Shown in pieces: positions 20,801 to 28,898 of a stretch of 32,000 nt of DNA. Numbering within the stretch: position 1 is the first letter of the stretch; each line of letters opens with the position of its first letter. The notes beneath the pieces are model-generated. The model saw only the letters and a program-made list of their open reading frames with translations. It was not told where the DNA came from and did not search any database. The translations under genes were made by a program, and so were the position numbers. Where the stretch lies: NCBI GenBank assembly GCA_046497275.1, contig JAWOFX010000089.1:55166-87165 (forward strand). Direction: 5' to 3'. Origin of the DNA: Promethearchaeia archaeon. Lineage in GTDB: Archaea > Asgardarchaeota > Lokiarchaeia > Sigyniarchaeales > SOKP01.

Positions 20801-23800
20801 GAAGACTTGATATGGGACTCCATTGCCAATGAAACTTCGTTTACCATTAATTTTTTCGCCAATGATACTCTAGGGAATCTCAATGATGCAGTTTCCTATA
20901 TACTGTATAAAGACCAGCTCAGCCCAAGGCTTTTGGTGGAGAAACCAATTGATGGCGAAACCTATAGTACTAGACCGCCCATCAAGGTTACTGTGTATGA
21001 TCTGAATTATGATGTGCTCTGGTATGAAGAGAACGGAGAGATCGTGTTTCTCGAGAATAATACAGAAGTCTTGTTGGAAGACTTGATATGGGATTCCATC
21101 GCCAATGAGACTGCATTTACTATTAATTTTTTCGCCAATGATACCTTGGGGAATCTCAATGAGTCGATTTCTTATATATTATACAAAGACCAACTCAGTC
21201 CAAGACTTCTGATAGAAAATCCTGAAGATGGAGAAACCTATAGTAGTAGACCGCCAATCATGGTGATCGTCTATGATCAGAATTATGATGCCCTCTGGTA
21301 TGAAGTAAATGGAGAGATTGTTTTCCTCAGTAATAATACTGAAGTTTTATTAAAGCAGTCGATATGGGATTCCATTGTCAATGAGACTTCGTTCACCATT
21401 AATTTTTATGCCAATGATACTTTAGGACATTTGAATCAGTCAATTATCTATACACTATATAAGGATGAACTTAGTCCACGATTACAAATAGAGAATCCTG
21501 AAGATGGGGAAACCTATAGTACTAGACCGCCGATCAAGGTGACCGTCTATGATCTGAATCTTGATGCGCTTTGGTATGAAGTAAATGGAGAGATTGTATT
21601 CCTCATCAATAATACTGAAGTTTTATTAAAGCAATCGATATGGGACTCCATTACCAATGAGACTGCATTCACCATCGAATTTTTTACCAATGATACCCTG
21701 GGAAATCTCAATGAAGCAGTTTCCTATATACTGTATAAGGATGAACTCAGTCCGCGGCTGTTAATAGAAGAACCTAAAGATGGGGAAACTTATAGCAGTA
21801 GACCACCCATCAAGGTTACTGTGTATGATCTGAACTATGATTCCCTATGGTATGAAGTGAACGGAGAGATTGTGTTCCTTGAGAATAACACCCAAGTCTT
21901 GTTAGAGCAATCGATATGGGACTCCATCGTCAATGAGACTTCGTTTACCATCCAATTTTTCGCCAATGATACCTTGGGAAATCTCAATGAAGCAATCTCT
22001 TATACTCTCTTCAAAGATGAGCAGAGTCCACGATTACAAATAGAAAATCCTGAGGATGGAAAAACATACAATACTAAACCGCCAATCATGGTGATCGTCT
22101 ATGATCTGAACTATGATTCCCTTTGGTATGAAGTGAACGGGGAGATCGTATTTCTAGAGAATAATACTGAAGTGCTGTTGGATCAAATTATCTGGGATTT
22201 GATTACCAATGAGACTTCGTTCACCATTAATTTTTATGCTAATGATACCCAAGGGAATTTCAATGAAGCAATCTCTTATACTCTCTTCAAAGATGAACTC
22301 AGCCCACGATTACAAATAGAAAATCCTGAAGATGGAAAAACCTATAGTAGTAGACCACCGATCAAGGTGATCGTCTATGATCTGAACTATGATGCCCTCT
22401 GGTATGAAGTAAATGAAGAGATTGTTTTCCTCAGTAATAATACTGAAGTGCTGTTGGATCAAAATATTTGGAACTCCATTGCCAACGAGACTGCGTTCAC
22501 TATTAGATTTTATGCCAATGATACCTTGGGGAATCTCAATGAAGTTATCTCTTATACTCTCTTCAAAGATGAACTCGGTCCACGAATACAAATAGATGAA
22601 CCAGTCGATGGAGAGACGTATAGTACTAGACCGCCGATCAAAGTAATCGTGTACGATCTCAATCTCGATACAATATGGTATGAAGTGAACGGAGAGATCG
22701 TGTTTCTTGAAAACAATACAGAAGTCCTGCTGGATCAACCTATCTGGAATTCCATCCCCGATGAGACTGCATTCACCATAGACTTTTTTGCCAATGATAC
22801 ACTGGGAAATCTTAATGAAGCAATTTCTTATACTCTCTTCAAAGATGAACTCAGCCCACGATTACAAATAGAAAATCCTGAAAATAGAGAGTCATACAAC
22901 ACTAGACCGCTGATCAAAGTGATCGTATATGATTTGAATTTCGATTCAATATGGTATAAGGTGAACGACCAATTCGTCTTTCTTGAAAATAATACTGAAA
23001 CTTTTTTGAAACTATCAATATGGGATTCTCTTGCCAATGAGACTGAGTTCACCATTCAATTTTTCGCAAATGATACTTTGGGGAATTTCAACGATCCGAT
23101 CATCTATACGATTTATAAAGATCTTATTCCCCCAAGGTTATTTGTCCATAATCCATTGAATAATACATATTATGAATCAGCCCCTCTCATAAAAATCTCT
23201 GTTAATGATCTATATTTTAATCCCGAAAAATTTTATTATGAAGTCCTAGTTGAAGGAATGATAGAAGATGGAATTTTATATGATGGGGTGGAGATATTTT
23301 TAGAGAATGAAATCTGGACAAATTTGGATGAAGGTCTATTTAAAATCTTTATAAAGGCCTATGATAAAGCAGGTAATAAAAATGATAGTCTTGTTTTTAC
23401 TTTATATAAAGACACTAAAGCACCAGAAATAATTGTGAATTTACCTTCATCAGATGATGATAAATTTAATTCAACTCCAAAAGTTAATTTCTCTTTCTAT
23501 GATCCTAATTTTAATAGATCCTGGTATCGGGTAAGACAAGATTTTAATTGGATAAGTGATAAAATATCTGTACAAAATAACACAGATGAACTGTTAGATC
23601 AAGCCATATGGGAGCAGTTAGACCAAGGGCAATTTCAAATATACTTATTTGCAAATGATAGCTTTAATCATATCAACGATAGCCTAATTTTGACTTTATA
23701 TAAAGATGATATAGTGCCCCAAATAACGATAAATTCACCAGAAGATGGAGAACCTTCAGATTTTGCTCCTATAATTAATGTATTATGCTATGATGCAAAT

Positions 23801-26800
23801 TATGATTCATTATGGTATAGAGTGTGGCAAAATTCAAATTGGATAACCGAGAGGATTACATTAAATAATGATACTGATCAATTATTAGAGCAAGAAGTTT
23901 GGAACATTTTAAGTGAAGGTAAATATTATATTTACTTTTATGCGAATGATACCTTTGGAAATGGCAATCAGAAATCTATATTACAAATAAAAGATACTCT
24001 CGCACCTATTATTATTGTAAATTCTCCCATAGAAGGAGGATCCTATGAGAATGCTCCTTATATTAATATAACCGTCTATGATTGGTCTCTTGATGATATA
24101 TGGTATGAAGTAGAAGGTTTTCTTGATATAGAATATTTAGATAACAACACAGCAGAATTACTTAATCAAGATCATTTTAACTGGACTGAAATAGATGATG
24201 GATTAATTCAAATAAAAATTAGAGCAGACGATTCATTTAATAAGATTACAACCGTCACTCTAAATATATATAAAGATACAGAAGAACCTGTGATAATGAT
24301 TAATTCACCTGAACAATATGCATTTTATAATAATCCTCCAATAATCAATGCTGTTTTTAATGACTTAAACCCTGATTTTCTTTGGTATAGAGTTCGGCAA
24401 AATTTCAATTGGAAAAGTGATAAAATCCCATTATCTAATAATACAGATCAATTATTAGAGCAAGAAATTTGGGATAATCAATTAACTGAAGGATCTTTCT
24501 ATATCTATTTTTATGCAAATGATACTTTGGGGCATAATGAAGTGAAAGCTTTACGGTTTAATAAGGATACATTAATTCCTAATCTAACAATTATTACACC
24601 TATAAATAAAACGTTTTATAATTCAAGACCAGCTATTTTAGTAAATGTGTATGATCTAAATTATGAGAAAGTCTGGTATGTGGTAAATGGGCAAAAGTTT
24701 TTCCTTGAGAATGGGGTTCAAACACTTATGGCTCAATCTATTTGGGATAGTTTATCTAATGAGGAAGTTTTTACCATTGAATTTTATGCTAATGATTCAG
24801 CAGGAAACATAAATAATGGAACTTCATACATGCTATATAAGGACATACTTTCTCCCAGAATTAATATTAACTATCCATATATGGGGAAAGTTTTTGGGAT
24901 AGAATATTTTAATTTTGGGTTAGATCTTGAGGATTTAAACTTTCAATATATTTGGTATTCTCTTCATACAAAAGATGAAGGATGGTCTGAAAATATCACT
25001 CTAGCTCTGGGACAATTATCTGGAGAAATTGATAATAATTTATGGGATTCTTACCAAAATGGAACCATTTATATTAGATTTTATGCAAATGATAGCGCGG
25101 GAAATTTCGACTTTAAGCAGGTCAAGATATTCAAAGATCTTATAGCCCCAAATATTCAAATAATTAGTCCTAATAATGGTCAAAGATTCAACAATGCCCC
25201 TAACTTCATTCTAAATATCACAGAACCTTTTTTGGAAAGTACTTGGTATATGCTAATCAATTCATCAAATGACTTACATTTTACAGAAAATCACACATTT
25301 CAATATCCTAACGAAAACTTTATTTTAAGCCAGTATTGGAATGAATTTAATGATGGTGAAATAAGAATTGTCTTTTATGCTAATGATTCGATAAGTCATG
25401 TAAATTTAAGTGAGGTTATAGTAACAAAAGATCAAAATGCTCCAGGAATTTTAATTAATTCACCAAGATGGGGTGATTATTTCTCTCTAGAAGCACCTTA
25501 TTTTAATGTTTCTACATCTGGAGATTATATTAATCAAACATGGTATTATTTATCTAATTCTAATTTTTCCTATAAGTCTAAGAATTATTATTTCAGTGGT
25601 GATATTGGTCAAATCAATCAATCTGCTTGGAATGTATTCGGAAATGAAGGAATATACATCTTTTTCAAAATAAATGATAGTTTAAACAATCAAAATATGG
25701 ATTATATATTCATTGTTAAAGATACATTTACACCTCTAATTTATATTAATAATCCATTGAATGAAACATCCTATGGGACTATACCTTCTATAAATGTCTC
25801 CGTTTATGATAATAACTATTATTATAATCTCTGGTATGAAGTGGGTGAAGAAAAAAGAATACTTTATAATAATTCAGAAGATTTATTGCATTATTCCATT
25901 TGGAATTCCTTACCAGATGAATGCTCTTTTATAATTCATTTCTTTGCCGAAGATAAGGCTGGAAATATCAACGATTCAATTTCATATTTATTATATAAAG
26001 ATGTTATAGAACCGAGACTGAAAATTCATAATCCAATCAATAATGAAATATTTACAACGAGACCCTATTTTGATATATCTGTTCAAGATATGAATTATGA
26101 TTCTCTTTGGTATAGATTAGAGCAACAAAATATATTTTTAGAAAACAATACACCAGTAATTTTGGAAGAAATGTTATGGAATGCTTTATCTAATGAATGT
26201 GAGTTTACAATCACGATCTATGCGAATGATACCTTGGGACATACCCACTCGGTTTCTTATAATCTTTATAAAGATATACTTGAACCTAGATTGATCATTC
26301 ATAATCCAATCAATAAAACGATTTTCAAAACGATTTTCTCTCTTAATATTAGCATCTATGATAAGAATTTTGAGAATGCGTGGTATATTATAAATGGTCA
26401 AAAAGTATTCCTTGACAATAATACTGAAATATATTTAAATCAATCAATATGGAATTTACTAGCCGCTGAAGATACATTTATTTTAGAATTTTATGCAAAT
26501 GATTCAACAGGTCAAATTAAGATGATCTCTTATACACTCTATAAAGATATAGTTGCGCCAAGATTGACAATTCTTTCACCTTTAAATAAAACTTCTTGGG
26601 ATGAGCCATTCTCAATACACGCTCTTGTTTATGATTCAAATCTTAAAGATCTCTACTATTCTATAAACGGTACAACAATATATTTAGAGAATAATACAAA
26701 AACAACAATAGATTTGAATATTTGGTATCAGTTATCAGAAGGTGTTTATGAATTAAAAATATACGCCAACGACAGCTTAGGAAATTTAAATTATACAATA

Positions 26801-27031
26801 ATATATATTGAAATAATTGAAAAACCCTTTAATCTTTTAGAATTTTTAATCGGTCCTTCTGGTGTAATATTTCCAATTCTAAGTGCGGGAATTATGGTTC
26901 CAATTGGTATTCTTGTTACTAAAACTAGATATTACAAATCATTAAGCAAAAAAGAGAAGAAAAAAACTAAACATGTGCTTGTTTTAGCTGCTTTATTGTT
27001 TGGAACAATCGTTTTCTTGTATATTGTTTAG
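17870..27031 (+). CDS. Giant (3053 aa) cell-surface glycoprotein/adhesin-like protein: N-terminal signal or TM, NosD-like parallel beta-helix head, 29 Ig-like repeats, C-terminal double TM anchor
   Basis: GGAGTG SD at 17859-17864; hydrophobic aa about 14-30; WCSGTGEFDDPY followed by I.L..C.N beta-helix rungs and the cap GNFWDDY..DLNDDGIGDIPY; repeats P.l.I..P....Y...P.I.v.vYD.N....WY.vn...FAND..GN.....LYKD; two terminal hydrophobic segments separated by a Lys-rich loop. Confidence 0.9.
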   Translation: MSPQVKFRKTKQNRIIFLLFLTFFCFILLFTSKENIDQANFRTPEFYSNLRTSNGNVKPIFIDGNWSETVEAYNWCSGTGEFDDPYTIKDISINGKNTSYCLFINDSQDVFFKIQNCTFYNSSSEFPAIILKDTINGTLIDINCEFNQGGGIKLSDCSNITLNFINFTYNRFGILLENDCVKNNFTNIKILHNSFFGINITHSSSIQNNFYDNEFVNNTINANDDGNNNIWDNGTIGNFWDDYGEFGYDLNDDGIGDIPYNITGSANSKDNYPIWDDCDDSFPKLVVNSPSNNSKSNTPPLINVTVYDENLDKIWYEVNEQIVFLDNNSEKYLKQSIWESIGNETIFIIDFFANDTDGNLNDSISYLLYKDQLSPRLLIENPEDGETYSTKPSIKAVVYDLNYDALWYEVNGESVFLNNNTEVLLDQIIWDSIANETLFTINFFANDTLGNLNESIAYTLYKDELSPRLIIENPEDEGTYNSRPPIKVIVYDLNYDYLWYEVNGEIVFLENNTEVLLDQNIWNSIANETEFTIEFFANDTLGNLNESISYLLYKDELSPRLQIENPEDGETYNCRPPIEVIVYDPNYDALWYEINGEIVFLNNNTEVLLEQSIWDSIANETEFTINFFANDTLGNLNESISYILYKDQLGPQLFIEEPVNGETYSSRPPIKVIVYDLNYDALWYEVNGEIVFLDNNTQVLLDQIIWDSIANETSFTIEFFANDTLGNLNESISYTLYKDQLGPQLFIEEPNDGETYSSRPPIKVTVYDLNYDTCWYEVNGEIVFLDNNTQVLLKESIWDSITNETAFIISFFANDTLGNLNQSIIYTLYKDESSPGLSIEEPVNGETYSTIPPIKVTVYDLNYDALWYEVNGEIVFLINNTEVLLDQNIWESIANETAFTIRFYANDTLGNLNDSISYLLYKDELCPRLLIENPEDGETYSSRPPIKVTVYDLNYDSLWYEVNGEIVFLENNTEVLLEDLIWDSIANETSFTINFFANDTLGNLNDAVSYILYKDQLSPRLLVEKPIDGETYSTRPPIKVTVYDLNYDVLWYEENGEIVFLENNTEVLLEDLIWDSIANETAFTINFFANDTLGNLNESISYILYKDQLSPRLLIENPEDGETYSSRPPIMVIVYDQNYDALWYEVNGEIVFLSNNTEVLLKQSIWDSIVNETSFTINFYANDTLGHLNQSIIYTLYKDELSPRLQIENPEDGETYSTRPPIKVTVYDLNLDALWYEVNGEIVFLINNTEVLLKQSIWDSITNETAFTIEFFTNDTLGNLNEAVSYILYKDELSPRLLIEEPKDGETYSSRPPIKVTVYDLNYDSLWYEVNGEIVFLENNTQVLLEQSIWDSIVNETSFTIQFFANDTLGNLNEAISYTLFKDEQSPRLQIENPEDGKTYNTKPPIMVIVYDLNYDSLWYEVNGEIVFLENNTEVLLDQIIWDLITNETSFTINFYANDTQGNFNEAISYTLFKDELSPRLQIENPEDGKTYSSRPPIKVIVYDLNYDALWYEVNEEIVFLSNNTEVLLDQNIWNSIANETAFTIRFYANDTLGNLNEVISYTLFKDELGPRIQIDEPVDGETYSTRPPIKVIVYDLNLDTIWYEVNGEIVFLENNTEVLLDQPIWNSIPDETAFTIDFFANDTLGNLNEAISYTLFKDELSPRLQIENPENRESYNTRPLIKVIVYDLNFDSIWYKVNDQFVFLENNTETFLKLSIWDSLANETEFTIQFFANDTLGNFNDPIIYTIYKDLIPPRLFVHNPLNNTYYESAPLIKISVNDLYFNPEKFYYEVLVEGMIEDGILYDGVEIFLENEIWTNLDEGLFKIFIKAYDKAGNKNDSLVFTLYKDTKAPEIIVNLPSSDDDKFNSTPKVNFSFYDPNFNRSWYRVRQDFNWISDKISVQNNTDELLDQAIWEQLDQGQFQIYLFANDSFNHINDSLILTLYKDDIVPQITINSPEDGEPSDFAPIINVLCYDANYDSLWYRVWQNSNWITERITLNNDTDQLLEQEVWNILSEGKYYIYFYANDTFGNGNQKSILQIKDTLAPIIIVNSPIEGGSYENAPYINITVYDWSLDDIWYEVEGFLDIEYLDNNTAELLNQDHFNWTEIDDGLIQIKIRADDSFNKITTVTLNIYKDTEEPVIMINSPEQYAFYNNPPIINAVFNDLNPDFLWYRVRQNFNWKSDKIPLSNNTDQLLEQEIWDNQLTEGSFYIYFYANDTLGHNEVKALRFNKDTLIPNLTIITPINKTFYNSRPAILVNVYDLNYEKVWYVVNGQKFFLENGVQTLMAQSIWDSLSNEEVFTIEFYANDSAGNINNGTSYMLYKDILSPRININYPYMGKVFGIEYFNFGLDLEDLNFQYIWYSLHTKDEGWSENITLALGQLSGEIDNNLWDSYQNGTIYIRFYANDSAGNFDFKQVKIFKDLIAPNIQIISPNNGQRFNNAPNFILNITEPFLESTWYMLINSSNDLHFTENHTFQYPNENFILSQYWNEFNDGEIRIVFYANDSISHVNLSEVIVTKDQNAPGILINSPRWGDYFSLEAPYFNVSTSGDYINQTWYYLSNSNFSYKSKNYYFSGDIGQINQSAWNVFGNEGIYIFFKINDSLNNQNMDYIFIVKDTFTPLIYINNPLNETSYGTIPSINVSVYDNNYYYNLWYEVGEEKRILYNNSEDLLHYSIWNSLPDECSFIIHFFAEDKAGNINDSISYLLYKDVIEPRLKIHNPINNEIFTTRPYFDISVQDMNYDSLWYRLEQQNIFLENNTPVILEEMLWNALSNECEFTITIYANDTLGHTHSVSYNLYKDILEPRLIIHNPINKTIFKTIFSLNISIYDKNFENAWYIINGQKVFLDNNTEIYLNQSIWNLLAAEDTFILEFYANDSTGQIKMISYTLYKDIVAPRLTILSPLNKTSWDEPFSIHALVYDSNLKDLYYSINGTTIYLENNTKTTIDLNIWYQLSEGVYELKIYANDSLGNLNYTIIYIEIIEKPFNLLEFLIGPSGVIFPILSAGIMVPIGILVTKTRYYKSLSKKEKKKTKHVLVLAALLFGTIVFLYIV
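18716..23131 (+). repeat. Intragenic tandem array of 16 x 276 bp (92 aa) units
   Basis: Unit-initial Pro codons fall at 18716, 18992, 19268, 19544 and so on, with unit 17 beginning at 23132, so the period is exactly 276 with no indels. Units 2-15 are highly similar at DNA level. Confidence 0.97.
23132..26820 (+). repeat. 13 further diverged Ig-like units (about 90-98 aa each) of the same protein repeat
   Basis: Each keeps the P..I..P, WY, (F/Y)AND and KD signature, but lengths vary and DNA similarity is low. Confidence 0.85.
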
Positions 27032-27122
27032 GTTTTTTAATAGTTTTTTATTTAATTTTATTAGTTTTAATCAAATATCATTATTCAAAGAAAGAAATTA
27101 ATAACTTATTGGAAATAAAATA

Positions 27123-27236
27123 ATGCCTTATTGGAAATGTGATAAATGTGGAGCGAAATTTGATTTAGAAGATATTCCAGAGGAATGTCCTGAATGTGGT
27201 GCAACTGATGGGACTTTTTCCTTCATAGAAAAGTAA
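27123..27236 (+). CDS. 37-aa rubredoxin-like / zinc-ribbon microprotein (not in the ORF track)
   Basis: Hand translation: MPYWKCDKCGAKFDLEDIPEECPECGATDGTFSFIEK*, with two CxxCG knuckles (WKCDKCG, CPECG). TATA-like TTAATAAC lies about 25 nt upstream of the ATG. Confidence 0.85.
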   Translation: MPYWKCDKCGAKFDLEDIPEECPECGATDGTFSFIEK

Positions 27237-27271
27237 ATTAAATATTTATAATAAGAATTCTTTTTGTATAT

Positions 27272-27481
27272 ATGGTTGAATGTAATCATGAAAGCTTGAA
27301 GCAAATATGTCCATGCACCTATTCAAGCTGTAATCGTCAAGGAAAATGTTGTGAATGCATTAAATATCATCTTAAAATGGATGAGTTACCAGGATGTGTA
27401 TTTGCTAAAATATCGAAGGACGCAGAAAAAAGTTATAATAGAAGTTTTGAATATTTTGCAAAATTAGTTTTAAAAGAATGA
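27272..27481 (+). CDS. Small Cys-rich protein, DUF6485-like
   Basis: CPCTYSSCNRQGKCCECIKYHLKMDELPGCVF matches the remembered C.C....C...G.CCEC..YH....ELP.C.F pattern. TTTATAAT lies about 27 nt upstream. Confidence 0.75.
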   Translation: MVECNHESLKQICPCTYSSCNRQGKCCECIKYHLKMDELPGCVFAKISKDAEKSYNRSFEYFAKLVLKE

Positions 27482-27810
27482 CATCTGAGATTTATACCCG
27501 CCTTTCTGTATAGTTTCTGTCACCAGAAAACTATTGAGGCATCAAACTAAGCGGCCTACCTAAAGCTGGCTCCAAGTTCCTATGCTTTCATTTGGCCTTG
27601 CACCAAGGTTCCAGCTCGTTTCAACCTCTCCTTCATGTTATTTCTCTGGCTTAGTTCCAAATCATTAATATAAACATCAAGGCGGTGCCGTTTCTATTAC
27701 TGGAATATAGTTTTCACCATCATGGATTCCTCCATGCCTTGCTTGGAGTGTGAGGCGAGGTTATCCTCAGCAGGTCATTGCCCACCGTCAGCCTCAAATC
27801 TCATCTGTCA
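27479..27810 (-). ncRNA. rnpB: RNase P RNA, archaeal type A
   Basis: On the minus strand: P1 UGACA(GA)UGAGAUUU / AAAUCUCA(GA)UGUCA; P2 UUGAGGC/GCCUCAA; P4 ACC-U(bulge)-CGCCU with ACAGAA-AGGCG-GGU; P6 CUCCAAG/CUUGGAG; P8 CAUGGA-GGAA-UCCAUG; P9 AUGGU-GAAA-ACUAU; P10 UUCCAG/CUGGAA; conserved UAGAAAC, UGAAACG, GGUGCAAG, GCUUAG; P19 hairpin. Confidence 0.95.
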
Positions 27811-27829
27811 TTTAATATAATGAAGTAGA

Positions 27830-27845
27830 AATTTAAATTTTTTTC
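27830..27845 (-). promoter_or_regulatory. Putative BRE-TATA promoter of rnpB
   Basis: Minus strand GAAAAAAA-TTTAAATT, with the TATA-like octamer 20-27 nt upstream of the P1 5' end. Confidence 0.5.
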
Positions 27846-27984
27846 ATTTTCCTTCTCTTCATTTATTTTCCTTTTAATTACAATTTTAGCTTAAAAAAAA
27901 CTTTTAGATCTTGAAAACAAATAAATGAAGATCAATATTATGATCTTTATAATTTCTAATACTCTAACTGAGGGAATATTATAG

Positions 27985-28857
27985 ATGGAAGAGAAGAAGA
28001 ATGGGTTTTTAGTAATCATAATAACATATAGTTTAGCTTTAGGTATATCATTAATAACCGCCACAATTTTCAATTTTTTACATCCTATTTTAATTGTTTT
28101 AATTGCTGATTTAATTGGAACTATGGTAGTATATCTGATAAGTACATTTTATGATAATGCTAGTCTTTATGACCCTTATTGGAGTGTTGCGCCTATAATT
28201 ATTGCATTTTATTTTTTTATTAGAAATCCCTTAGAAGGCGTTTTAACACTGAAAATTATTTTACTAAGCTTTACTTGCATCTGGGGTTTTCGATTAACCT
28301 GGAATTGGGCAAGTCACTGGAAAGGTTTGACCCATGAAGATTGGCGTTATCGAATGTATCGTGAAAGTAATGTTGACATGTTTTGGTTAATCAATTTATT
28401 TGGGATACAATTAATGCCAACTATTATAGTTTATTTGGGGTGTTTATCTTTCTTACCAGCCTTATGCAATACTATATCTTCATTTAATATTATCGATGTT
28501 GTTGCTATTTTTATAACAGGGGGAGCCATAATTATAGAATCAGTTGCAGATAAACAATTAAGAAATTTTATAAACACCAGGGAAAGCTATCAGAAGATAA
28601 TGAAAGAAGGTTTATGGAAATATTCCCGACATCCGAACTATTTTGGTGAGATCACATTTTGGTGGGGTTTATATCTATTTGGATTAGGTTCTAATATCTT
28701 TTTTTGGTGGACAATAATCGGTCCAATAGTAATAACAGCATTATTTAATTTTGTAAGCATCCCTCTTATGGATGAAAGAAATTTGAATCGTCGCCCTAAT
28801 TATAAAGAATATATGGATAAAACTTCAAAATTAATATTTTGGTCCCAAAAAGAATAA
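27985..28857 (+). CDS. DUF1295 family membrane protein (steroid 5-alpha-reductase-like superfamily)
   Basis: NASLYDPYWS, WGFRL, EDWRY, ESVADKQL, GLWKYSRHPNYFGE, Y..Y...TS. Confidence 0.88.
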   Translation: MEEKKNGFLVIIITYSLALGISLITATIFNFLHPILIVLIADLIGTMVVYLISTFYDNASLYDPYWSVAPIIIAFYFFIRNPLEGVLTLKIILLSFTCIWGFRLTWNWASHWKGLTHEDWRYRMYRESNVDMFWLINLFGIQLMPTIIVYLGCLSFLPALCNTISSFNIIDVVAIFITGGAIIIESVADKQLRNFINTRESYQKIMKEGLWKYSRHPNYFGEITFWWGLYLFGLGSNIFFWWTIIGPIVITALFNFVSIPLMDERNLNRRPNYKEYMDKTSKLIFWSQKE

Positions 28858-28898
28858 TATAAAAAAAAAGAGGATGATTTTATTATGTTATATATTTT

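Noticed and set aside
18716-23131. CRISPR array or diversity-generating retroelement template/variable repeats
   Set aside because: The units are 276-bp in-frame coding repeats with no spacers. Differences are not confined to adenines, and no reverse transcriptase or cas gene is in the window.
18057-26401. Alternative-frame and antisense ORFs inside the giant gene
   Set aside because: By-products of the repeat's codon structure; they recur with the repeat and have no independent signals.
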